A stretch of DNA of 63,084 bases, counting the filler, from Rozella allomycis CSF55 (taxonomy: Eukaryota): the NCBI GenBank assembly GCA_000442015.1. It is 7 parts of 7 records of this genome, joined end to end, with 100 filler letters (N's around TTAATTAATTAA, not from the genome) between each part and the next. Parts side by side here need not be neighbours in the genome. Positions count along the whole stretch, not along the records: positions 48,518 to 54,255 come from KE561140.1; positions 54,356 to 58,109 come from KE561141.1; positions 58,210 to 59,719 come from KE561143.1; positions 59,820 to 61,606 come from KE561149.1; positions 61,707 to 63,084 come from KE561156.1; 2 more parts are not named here. The stretch is one strand, 5' to 3'. Below are positions 50,610 through 63,084 of this stretch, in pieces. Numbering within the stretch: the first letter of the stretch is position 1; each line of letters begins with the position of its first letter. The notes beneath the pieces are model-generated. The model worked only from the letters and a program-made list of their open reading frames with translations, was not told the DNA's origin and made no database searches. A program made the position numbers and the translations under genes.

Positions 50610-50762
50610 TCCTTTTGCCATTTACTGACAATATAGTATTCAAATGGGTAAATCTTTTGGTTAACTCGTTTTGAAAAATAATAGAATAAGCTATTTTGAT
50701 AGGAAGTCCTTTGGGTATCTACAATTTCCATAGAACAATGGATTATTTTATTTAGTTAGGAC

Positions 50763-51900
50763 TTAGAGTGGTCCTTTTCTTACAATTGTTTGAATTAGGT
50801 TTAAATATGACTGAACGTACGGCAAAAAGAAATTATCTTTCGATTCTTTAATGTTATTTGCCTCTTCTGCCAATGTTTTAATGTCTATCCACTCTATTTC
50901 AACTTCATGCGACCATTTATCTTCATTCTATAACGTATTCGGTAAAGCCTTACTTGATTTTTCACTTGCGTAAAATCTATGCTACAGAGTGAATCGACTC
51001 GATACATCAATCGGTTCTTTTCCCTGATCTTATGCACTTCCCCATTCTCCTGCAAGAAGCTTGAATCGCCTACATTCTAACTAACTATGCTTATTACATG
51101 GAATCTCTTGATTCACACTAATTCGAATATCCCACTTGTACTNCGTGGTTAAGCATTACTTGATTTTTCACTTGCGTAAAATCTATGCTACAGAGTGAAT
51201 CGACTCGATACATCAATCGGTTCTTTTCCCTGATCTTATGCACTTCCCCATTCTCCTGCAAGAAGCTTGAATCGCCTACATTCTAACTAACTATGCTTGT
51301 TACATGGAATCTCTTGATTCACACTAATTCGAATATCCCACTTGTACTTTGGCATGAAAATATGCAAATCAGCAACCTTCAGTTTCTTTATAGATTGTAT
51401 CACAGCATTCGTCTTTTTATCAAAACTCACTCGGATATTCGCCTTTTTGTAGTACTTGTCCATGCTAATCTGCCGCTGATATGTCAGTCGCCCAGACTCG
51501 CACAGTTTGTTGAGCTTGTTGTTAAGAATTTGGTGATCTCGGTCCCCGATATCTGATCGGAAATGGAACCAGTCACCTGTAACCACTAGATTGGATGAAT
51601 AGATTGTTTATACCGCAGTCGGTTGCTACGTTTGGCTTGATTCTTTGGTGCGTCTTATTGTCAATCAAATGGCCTATTTTCGCTTCTATCTAGATGCAAA
51701 ATAAAATAGTAATTTACCTCGATGTTTTCAATGGTCATAAAGTGGAATAGAAAGTCTGATACAGTTAAAACAAGATCGTTGGTTGGGATGTAATCTTTCA
51801 ATAAAGGGTACAGCACTTTTCGTTTTCCTTGTTTTTTAGGTGATTTTGGGGGCTCTGGTGATAATTCCTCGTCTGTTCTTGCGCGTTTTTTATCATTCAT
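50763..51900 (-). CDS. CET1: Fungal-type mRNA-capping RNA triphosphatase (Cet1/CYTH); duplicated segment at N51143
   Basis: IEIEAKIG (spliced), FRSDI, IRVSFD, IKKLKVADLHI.MP..WDIRISVNQE, HEVEIE. Confidence 0.85.
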
Positions 51901-52096
51901 GGAATTTTAACAAAAGCGAAAATGTACTCTTTAGAATATGAAGTATTTTTAATGAAATGAAATCAATTTATTTTGCTTGTAAGTCTTTTCTCCAAAACTT
52001 GGTTAAATGTCTCTGCCCTGAATCACNGCTTTAGAATATGAAGTTTGTATTTATTTAAATAAAGAAATGAAGTATTTTTAATGAAATGAAATCAAT

Positions 52097-53441
52097 TTAT
52101 TTTGGTTGTAAGTCTTTTCTCCAAAACTTGGTTAAATGTCTCTGCCCTGAATCACACAATATAGTCACAATAGTGTGACCTGGCCCCAACTCTTTTGCAG
52201 CTTTTACAGCACCTACACAATTAATAGCTGATGAGCTGCCAACAAAAAGTCCCTCATTTTTCATTAAAAATCTGGACATTTCAATTGTCTCGTCATCAGT
52301 TATTTTGAATGATTCATCAATAATTGCCTCGGTAAAATTTCTGGTAATCCTGTTGATACCAACCCCTTCAACTATTGTGTCTACTTGATGCCTTTTTCGT
52401 GTCCCTTCAGCTTCCTCTTTAGCAAACATTACTCCAAACTTCACCTTGTTAAATAACCCGCTTCCTGGTGGATCAACAAGAAAAACTTTTACATCTTCTT
52501 TTTTCTCTTTCAGATANATTCCTCTTCAGCAAACATGACTCCAAACTTCACCTTGTTAAATAAGCCGCTTCCCGGTGGATCAACAAGAAAAACTTTTACA
52601 TCTTCTTTTTTCTCTTTCAGATATCTGGATACTCCGGCTATTGTTCCTCCTGTACCTGCCCCAAGAACTAAAGCGTCAATATCTCCTCCACATTGTTCCC
52701 AAATTTCAGGCCCAGTTTCTTCGTAATGCGCATTAAAATTGCTTTCGTTTTCTAAATATATATTTTTAAAATTCTATACCAAATTGATCGACAAAAAATC
52801 CATTCTTTAATTCTCTAGCCTTGTTTTGAGCTCGGCGTACGAACATCTCGTCATCAACAATAGACGCCGGTTTAACTCTCTCTACAATTGCTCCATAAGC
52901 TTCTAAAATATCACTTTTCTCTTTTGCCTGATCACTGGGCATACAAATATACGCCCCATATTTTTTGTAAGCAGCTAACATTGCCAAAGATATCCCAGTG
53001 GATCCAACCGTACCTTCGCATATAGTAGACAGACCTGGTTTTAGTTTTCCTTCNCGCCAAAGATATCCCAGTAGAACCAACCGTACCTTCGCATATAGTA
53101 GACAAACCTGGTTTTAGTTTTCCTTCTCTTTCAGCATCTTCCATGATGCGAAGCGCGATACGGTCCTTAGGTGACCCACCCGGATTCATAAATTCAAGTT
53201 TCGCTAGAATTCTGCAGCCAGTCATTTTTGATAAACTTTGTAGTTCCATAATTGGTGTATTTCCAATCAAAGATGTTATGTCTGGATGAATAAAGTCATT
53301 CAAAGGGCGTAACGATCGATTTTTTGTCCCGTATATTAGCTGTTTAATGCGCAAAAACATTTTTTGAAATCTTTTACTTCTTCCCAGTGTCGTTCCTAGC
53401 ACGAAAAAACTAAAGGCTATCAAGTATGAATTATTTTGCAT
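52097..53441 (-). CDS. Cysteine synthase-like PLP enzyme with N-terminal hydrophobic anchor; duplicated overlaps at Ns
   Basis: [56 protein letters not shown]. Confidence 0.92.
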
Positions 53442-53552
53442 GTGGCGCGTCCATTAAAGCTTGAACCATGAGTGCTTGGTTTTGAAAGAATAAATATAGT
53501 TCTAAGGAAATAGTCTTTTGTAAGTCCAACTCTACGAATTCGAATTTTCACT

Positions 53553-54053
53553 ATGGCTGATTTGCACTTTTTAACTACCGTCTTTGACGTTTTATCCAAG
53601 GCACCAAAGAAATATCCCCTTACAACTGAAAGAATCACAGATTTCACTCCAATTTTTCCTGAGAACCAAACAAAGGACAATGTTGACCAGACAATAGCTT
53701 TTATAAATGTATTTACTGGTGAAAAATTGAAGCAACAAATTCCAAATGATATGAACAAAAGTTTAAAGGATAGTTTTGGATTGAAAAATATTGAATTTGT
53801 GGTTAACGGGGTTGTTGTAAATACCTGGAACGAAGCCAGCTATAATCTAAAGATAAGGAATAGTGATAAGGTTTCGATTATTCCAATGTCTAATTTTTGG
53901 GGTTCTATGCAGGGTAAACACCATGGTACAAACACTGATTCTAACTCTCCATCAACAAGTGCAACAGTAAACTCTTCCAAACGGCACAGGTTCTGGACCG
54001 TTTTGGAAAATGAATTACAAAAGTATTTAAAGTCAGATCAAGTAATTCATTGA
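53553..54053 (+). CDS. Hypothetical protein with a possible beta-grasp/ubiquitin-like segment
   Basis: 166-aa ORF; FVVNGVVV...IRNSDKVSIIP. Confidence 0.5.
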   Translation: MADLHFLTTVFDVLSKAPKKYPLTTERITDFTPIFPENQTKDNVDQTIAFINVFTGEKLKQQIPNDMNKSLKDSFGLKNIEFVVNGVVVNTWNEASYNLKIRNSDKVSIIPMSNFWGSMQGKHHGTNTDSNSPSTSATVNSSKRHRFWTVLENELQKYLKSDQVIH

Positions 54054-54355
54054 TTTATAGAGTTAGTAGGTCCAAAGCATTATGAGGAACGTCGAGTCTG
54101 AATTTAGGTCAATGTCAAAAAATTGAACCAATAAATTTGTTTTATTCATTCAAATTGTCCTTCGTAATCAAATATTTTTTAAATACATCAATTTTAAAGA
54201 TTTAAATGTCAAAAATGTTGAAGCTAAATATAAATAGCCAAGTCTAGAACTTCCTNNNNNNNNNNNNNNNNNNNNNNNNNNNNNNNNNNNNNNNNNNNNT
54301 TAATTAATTAANNNNNNNNNNNNNNNNNNNNNNNNNNNNNNNNNNNNNNNNNNNN

Positions 54356-55095
54356 GCAAGAATCTTGCCGCCACCCGTTGAAAAGATATTTGTAGTTTCA
54401 TTGCAGCAAGGACAAACGTAACCGCTCATATTCTCTATCAGTCCCAAAATTGGCAGTCCAACAGTTTTACAAAAATTGATTTCTTTCCTTACATCATTAA
54501 AAGCAACAACCTTTGTAATCAACAAACTGACTTTACTTGCGGTGTTGTAACCAAAACGGCGCCATCAAGATGACATCCCTGAAGAAATTCTATAACCGAA
54601 ATATGCTCATCGGATGTTCCTTTAACATGAGCAATGAGCATCTTACCTGGCGGTGTATCTATAATCAAATAATCCAATTCTCCCCACACGACATCCGACA
54701 GAAACTGCCTAATCATCGCTATAAACTCAACAAAAAAATCTTACACGTCTTTTTAGGACCCCTCCAAACAACTGACGCGTCCTTTTTGGGCAGCAGAAAC
54801 GCTATAGACATGACAGTCAAGCGACATTCACCGTCAACGTACACTGGCACCCATCTTTGTGATTAAAACGATCATGTTACCCCTGCTCGGACTGCATTAC
54901 ATTCTTTTCGTCGATGCCGAACATTCTGGGGATGCTGGGGCCGCATAGATCAATATCCAAAACGCCAACTTTGAATCCCTTTTGATAGAGACTTAGGGCA
55001 AGTTGGACGGATGTTGTGCTTTTTCCTACACCGCCTTTGCCGCTAAGAACTAGGTGGATGTGTTTTATGTTTGATAGTTTTTGATTTAAATTCAT
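54356..55095 (-). CDS. CFD1: Cytosolic Fe-S scaffold Cfd1/NUBP2, 5' part, 4 short introns
   Basis: [50 protein letters not shown]; no Nbp35 N-terminal Cys motif. Confidence 0.9.
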
Positions 55096-55270
55096 GTGGC
55101 TGGGAGTCCAAGTTGAATTGGTTTGAAAGAACTTATTTGAGCACTTGAACTTTAGAATATGTAGAATATTTATTTATCAGCACTTGCATTTACTAATATT
55201 TAGCCAACTTGTCATTTCTAAATCTACTCAAAAACTTTGTGACTATAAATAGCTCCCATTCATTCCGACG

Positions 55271-57991
55271 ATGTCATTTTACAACATGTATAATGAAGCT
55301 GATCAGAGACAAAAAGAAAAGAAGCAAGCAGACAAGACGTATATGGGAGCTTTGAGACAGCAGCAGGATCAGCTGAGACAGTTAAAAGTAAGTGAGCGCC
55401 GCAAGGACGTTGAAGAGTCTCACAAATTAGTGTTCGGAGACCCTGTAAAACCAAGAGAATCGTTGCCAGACAAGTATAGTACATTTTCGCAAAAGTAAGA
55501 TGAATTTAGATGGTATATTAGTAACCAAAGTGTGAAGACACTGAATAGCCTGAGTGACTATGTGGTGCCAGTGAACAGTTCAGTAGAATCGCGTGTTTCC
55601 ATTCTCGAAGACAAAATGTTCCGAGATGTGATATCGCAAGTGAATCAGAATTCCGAAAAGGCGAATATTCTGTCGCAAAATGTGAATGCATTAGAGCGCG
55701 CTGTGCAGATGAATAATGAGGATTTGAAAGGCCGGATAAACTTTATCAATACTGATGTGCAGCAAAAGATAGCGATGATTGATAAGAATCGGTTGGAGGA
55801 TCATCAAAAGCTGAATCATGTTGTGGAAGAGTGCCAAAAGGCAAAGGAGGGAATAAATTCTTTGAATAATAAAAATGGAGATTTTGTTTCAAAATTGGAT
55901 AAGCAGCAGAAAGAAATATCGGCGATGGGGCAGAAGAGCAATGAGATTGGGATTGTGTTGAAGGAGCATGACTCTTCTATTAATAAGATATCGTCGCTAG
56001 TGACGCAGCAGATTGATTTGTTGTCAAAGAGGATTTCTTTTGTGAATAGCGATGTTGTGGACAAGTTGTCTGTGGAATCTAAATCTAGACAAGCGATTGA
56101 TACTAAATATGAGCAGCAGATAAAAGAAATAAAGGCGAATAATGTGAGGAATTCTGAGGAAGTTTATCATAGAATGGAAATCTTGAAGAATTCATTGCAA
56201 GAAGTAAATCAGAGAATAAAGACTGAAGTTGAAACGAACGCAGTAGCGATTCAATCTAATATTCAAAATTTAGAAGCAAGATCAGAAGATTTGAATAAAT
56301 TTGTGAAAGATAATCTTGTGAAACAATTGAGTGTGATCAAGGAAGAAGTTCAGAATAAAAACCATGAAAATTTGAAGCGAGTTGATGACGTTTATTCGCA
56401 TGTGATGAAAACGTTTGATGGGCAGAAATTAGAGATTCAATCTTTTTTACAAACAAAAGTGAATCAATTTGAATCATTTCAAGAAAACACTTTAAATTCT
56501 GTGAGACTTTTATCAGAGAAACAAAGAAATGCTGAAATGGAAATGAATCACAAAGTTTCATATTTTGAACAGTTGGTGAGAGATGAATCAAACTCTAGAC
56601 AAGCTTCAGAACATCATTTACAAAAAGTTGTTCAAGAAAATAGATCTGTTTTAATTTCAGCAATTGAAGATGTTGACAGAAAAATAATTTCTATTCAAAA
56701 TGAAATTGAATCTAAAATTGAAATTTCTTCTTCTAAACTTCAACTAGAATGGGAAAACAATTTGCAAGTTGAACGACAAAAGACTGACGAGTTAAACAAC
56801 AGATTCATTTCTTTAAGTAGCACAATGAAATCCAAAAATGATGAATTTCATTCAAAGTTTGATAATCTAAATTCATCCATTGATAAGATTGACAAGGAAA
56901 TTTGTTTAACGAAACAAAAGAATGAAACCCTGGCAAAAGATTTATTTCTGAAATTTCAAGAATTGAATCAAACGTCAGAAACTAAAATAAACAACGTTTC
57001 CAATGAAGTAAATAACTTGAAAATTGATTTTAAATCATTGTTGGATCAAAAGATTGGAAATTTAGAAAATTTTTTATCGAACCAATCAGATGAAATCAAC
57101 AAGAGAATTAAAGCTGAAGATTTACAGAAAATTGAAGAATCATTTAATGAAAGACTTGAAGAAGCAAAGAAAGCCATTCAAAACTCCAATGCACAAACAA
57201 GAGAAAAGTTTTCAAAAAAATTCCAAGAACAATTAGAAGAAAATCAGAGAAGAGAAAGAAAATTACTTGAAGAGTTTCACAACATTAAAGATTTATTAAT
57301 GAAACAAGAAGATTTCAATCAACAATCTTTTAAACAACAACAATCATTCAATTCAAAAATTAACTCTGAAATTCTTCAAAGAGCTTCAAAGGAACAAATA
57401 GATCAAATTTCTAAAGTTTTTAATCAAAAAATATTAGATTTAGAAAGTGAATTGAAAATGTTGAAAAAAGAAATTAAAATTAGCAAAAATAGAAATTTAG
57501 ATGATTCATTCATAAAGAATAACGACTATGTTTCTAATGTGAATTATGATACAGAGAGACTGTCTAGATTAAATGGAATTGAACTAGATTTAAATGAAGC
57601 ATTACAAGTTGGAAACAATTATGAATTAGAATCACACTTGGCCGTTATAGTAACTGACAATGAGATTGATAATAACCAACCTAAAAATATTACTGAAGCG
57701 ACTGATAACAATTCAAATAAAATTGATAATAACCAACCCATAAACCTGTCTGAATCAATTGAAAGTCAATCAATAATACAAACTGAAAATCTTTTAAAAG
57801 TAGAATTAAATATTCAGCCAGAAAATCCACCAATAAATTCTACTAATGAAGTTGCTGATAATGCCAACGCTAATGTTTATGAAGCTGTAGATATCGTTAA
57901 TGAAACACTTGATGTTCCCAATGAAACAGTAAATGAAGAAACACACCAACTTGATTCAAATGATATCGTCAACGAAAGCAATAATCAATAA
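55271..57991 (+). CDS. Long coiled-coil protein, one 27-nt intron
   Basis: 819-aa heptad-rich exon joined to upstream 75-aa exon. Confidence 0.8.
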
Positions 57992-58261
57992 AACTACATT
58001 TATTTAAATCTTTTTAAATATTCTAAATAGAAAAATTTTCATATAGTCAATTAATGCTGATTTTTTTCTCGATCTCAATTCTCAACCTAAACTTCAACGA
58101 TCTGGAATGNNNNNNNNNNNNNNNNNNNNNNNNNNNNNNNNNNNNNNNNNNNNTTAATTAATTAANNNNNNNNNNNNNNNNNNNNNNNNNNNNNNNNNNN
58201 NNNNNNNNNCAATATTCCCAATATTTTGTTTTTTTGCGGGGAAATTTCATCATTGATTTTA

Positions 58262-59719
<1,458 letters not shown>

Positions 59720-59819
59720 NNNNNNNNNNNNNNNNNNNNNNNNNNNNNNNNNNNNNNNNNNNNTTAATTAATTAANNNNNNNNNNNNNNNNNNNNNNNNN
59801 NNNNNNNNNNNNNNNNNNN

Positions 59820-61606
59820 CCGGCGTCAGGAAATAGCGAAGGTCCAGTACCTACCCCCACAGTGATTGCTCAGGTCCTGACCTCCGAGCATAAAGACCAA
59901 AACGTTATCTCAGCAGTACATAAACTGTATCCAAAAATGGACTTGAAACCTTCGGATCTCAATAATGTTGAGGAATATCTAGCATTCTTTCGAAAACCAA
60001 TAAGCCCAGCACAAAAAACCAATGAACAAAGTAGTAGTGGTTTCGGTTGAAAAAATGGACTTTCATTTTTTTCAAAAGATATTTTTCCGCCGTTCAAGAT
60101 ATAATATGCCGCCCCTGGAGTCCACGAAAGGTTAATAATTTCCACTGTTGAATCATCGTGCTTTGAAAATTCGAANAAAAGAGTTTCTCTCTCCTTATTG
60201 GAAGTCAGAAAAATACTCCACGATATTCAAAATTCAATACTACCATGGAGACACAGTACCTGAATGCATAGGAAAATTTCAAGACCTTTTGACGGAGAAT
60301 AAATTGCCTTTACTGTACCAGATCCGCAACACAATCTCTTGAAAGAACTCCTCTTCTCAAAGCTCCCNCAATTCCCAAGTTGCTTTGAAACAAAGCTGCT
60401 CAATTTTCTCCTTGGATAATTTGGGATGTTTATTTTTAAGGACTACATAAGGTGTTTCACAAACTTCCTTTCCGAGGGCTTTGAATTCTGAATAGCTTAG
60501 TCTACTTCTATTGAAAGAAAGATCACGCAAAGAATAATAAAAATCAGATAGCCCAACAAATTTAATATCTTCTAAACATCAAGTCTGTGAACATATCTTA
60601 CTCAAATCTTTTAAAGGAGCATGAACACCGTTAAAATAACAAGGTTCGTCCAGGCATTTTTTGGATTTATTAAGCAACTTTTTTACATGATCAGAACANA
60701 GAAGCTCCTGGTAGCCCTGCTAAGAAGAACGTCACAACCTCTTATTATTGCGAATTTCATAAGAACAATCCAAGAGTGAGACACAATACCGAGGATTGTA
60801 GAGCTCGCAAGAGTGGAACAGGAGACAACTCGGGAAAAAAGGAGGGAAAAAAGAGGCCAGAAAGGTTTTTATCAAGAAACTCTGTGATAAGTGTGCACAA
60901 CCTTACGAGAAGGGCCACAATGAAGTGTGTGAAAAGAGAAAGAGGAACAAAGAAACATCATCTAACGTTCATAACAGGAGAATAGATCTCCGTGAAGAAT
61001 TCCCTGAAGAACTCTTGGAAGAAGACGAGATTATCGTACCTGGAACAATCCAATTTAATATGGTTAAAAACTTGAACCCTGTCAAGTTTTTGTACACAGC
61101 CATATCAGTAAATGGGGTTAATCCCCGTGCGGGAATAGATTCCATGAGTAAGCATTCCTTCATTTCTCCAACCATGGTTCACGAACTTTCTATCAAGGTG
61201 AATCCAGTGAAAGGAGTATTACATTTGGCTGAAGGATCATCAACTACGCCAAGGAAAGGAATTACGGAAGAAGTGGATGTCTGTCACGGGGAAAAGACGA
61301 TTAAGCATCGGTTCGAGGTTCTTAACATGGGAGATGATAAAGGCATNATTAAGCATCGGTTCGAGGTTCTTAACATGGGAGATGATAAAGGCATTCTTAT
61401 AAATATCGTCCTAGGATTGGACACAATGTCTAAGCTTGGCATTTTCATTGAAGGACTCAGAGCCCATTTCCCAAATGAAAAGCAGGAGCCTGAGGTAGCA
61501 AAGGAAGAGATTAAAGAGAAGGGATACAATCTTCCTAAACCAAGCCTTCAAGAAACAATCAAATCTTTAGATGAGAATAAATCAAATTCAACCTACTTCG
61601 ATTTTC
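59820..61606 (+). mobile_element. Fragmented LTR retrotransposon (Ty3/gypsy-like) gag-protease region
   Basis: Zn-knuckle-like YCEFHKN..RHNTEDC and CDKC..GH..C; retropepsin-like ISVNG..GIDSMSKHSFIS...IVLGLD; mosaic of short contigs. Confidence 0.65.
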
Positions 61607-61705
61607 NNNNNNNNNNNNNNNNNNNNNNNNNNNNNNNNNNNNNNNNNNNNTTAATTAATTAANNNNNNNNNNNNNNNNNNNNNNNNNNNNNNNNNNNNNN
61701 NNNNN

Positions 61706-63084
61706 NGTTAACGCAGTTGAGAAGTCCAATCCCTTTTCGGGATTTCGAAAATCTATGCCATTTTCCAGCTCTTCGAATCGTTCTAAAATTCAATCTAAGT
61801 TAAGTAAAAATAAAGAAGAATTACTCTACCACAAGAAAGGAAACGACTCTCCCGAAAAGTTTCAACCTTCTCTGGAATCTCATTCGACTTCTGCCAATGA
61901 CTTTAAATGTTCATCTATTTCTCTAAATCGTTTTAAATCTAAATTAAAATCTATATTAGAAGAAGAATTACCTACCAAAGCGGATGAAAACAACTTCCAA
62001 GAGATGAATCATCCTCTCCAACAAACTGGAATCAAAACTTGGACTTCTCCAAGTATTCGCTCATCTTCTATTTTAAAACATGATTCCTTTTCCGATTTAA
62101 CTCAAAAGAGAGGAAACAACTCAATACAATTGTCCCCTCCTCAGCTCAAGCATGCTCCTCTTGCAAAACAGGATTTTCAACCTGTTTCTTCTCTACCGTC
62201 TATAGATCTATTTAATTCTAATATGTTTTACGGAAAAGATTTACCTGTACAGCGAAAGAAAGGAAACAACTCAATGGCCAACAACGAAATTCCTATATAT
62301 GAAGTACCATTTGATCGTCAGCCAGTTGCTTCGAATCTCCACTCTAAAATTAATCAATCCATAGAATTACCTCATGGAGTTTCACCTCCACTAAGTAAAA
62401 ATGATCCAATGTCAAGGGATCTCTTATTCTCAACATGTTCTGATTTTCAGCCTGTTTTTGAAGAAGGCCAATCTAAAATTAGTGAAGCTGTCGTTTTACC
62501 TGCTCAAGATCAGCATACAATAGGAAAAAGAGGAAACAACTCACGAGATCTCTTAATGAGATTCCCGCCTTTTTCTGGTGATTCAAATTTTCAGCCTGTT
62601 TCTCCGAAGTTGGGAAATATTCTAAATCAATCTATTATTTTAAAACGTTTTAACCTACCTGAATTCGAAAAGAAAGGAAACAACTCAAAGGGTATGATTC
62701 CCTTCAATAACCAACTTACAACAAATGTTCTTGCTCCTTCATCTTTGAATTCTATTATGTCTAACTGTATTACGGAAAAAAATTTACCTGGGGAGTCTTC
62801 TGATTGTGTTAGGGAGGGCATTAAGGATGACTCCAGGAATGGAAATTTTCAAAACAAAGATTCCATTAAGGACTCTTTAATTGAAATTCCACTTGAAAAT
62901 AATATTAAATCACTTAAAATGAATAGAAATAATAATATAGATTTATTAAATTGCTTAGAAACTGAGAAGTCACAACCCCCTTTAAACCATATTGAAACAT
63001 TCAATCTTATGAAAGGAAACAACTCATTTAAGCCCTATAACACTAATTTCAATCCGATGTTACCTGATTTTCAGCCTGAGGGAT
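61706..63084 (+). CDS. Open-ended ORF (about 459 codons, absent from the ORF track) with repeated (K/R)(K/R)GNNS and FQPV motifs
   Basis: Frame starting 61706 has no stop to the window end; five GNNS plus one GNDS copy; nucleotide core aggaaacaactca. Confidence 0.65.

Overview
AT-rich, very gene-dense eukaryotic scaffold with about 40 protein genes and two tRNA loci. It is consistent with a flagellated early-diverging fungus or Rozella-like endoparasite; that taxon is an inference from radial-spoke and androglobin-like genes, fungal-type Cet1/Psd2/Pns1/Vrg4 and tiny introns. The assembly is stitched together with N-TTAATTAATTAA-N linkers and single-N joins that duplicate slightly divergent haplotype ends. 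I spliced roughly 110-120 introns by hand. Almost all are 26-32 nt, with no obvious branch-point consensus or polypyrimidine tract, and nearer AGs are skipped, so the 3' splice site appears to be set by distance from the GT. The best candidate for a novel system is three introns in conserved genes (GRAM-domain gene, ATG7, alanine aminotransferase) for which no nearby AG gives an in-frame product; each restores the conserved protein when spliced GT...TG at 26-28 nt. Other highlights: a secreted DNase I with an inserted NLS-like segment, an F-box plus near-identical ankyrin array, a receptor-like kinase, an intronless secreted protein that looks bacterial, recurrent local GC-skew inversions, and a KR/KK-GNNS repeat ORF missing from the ORF track.
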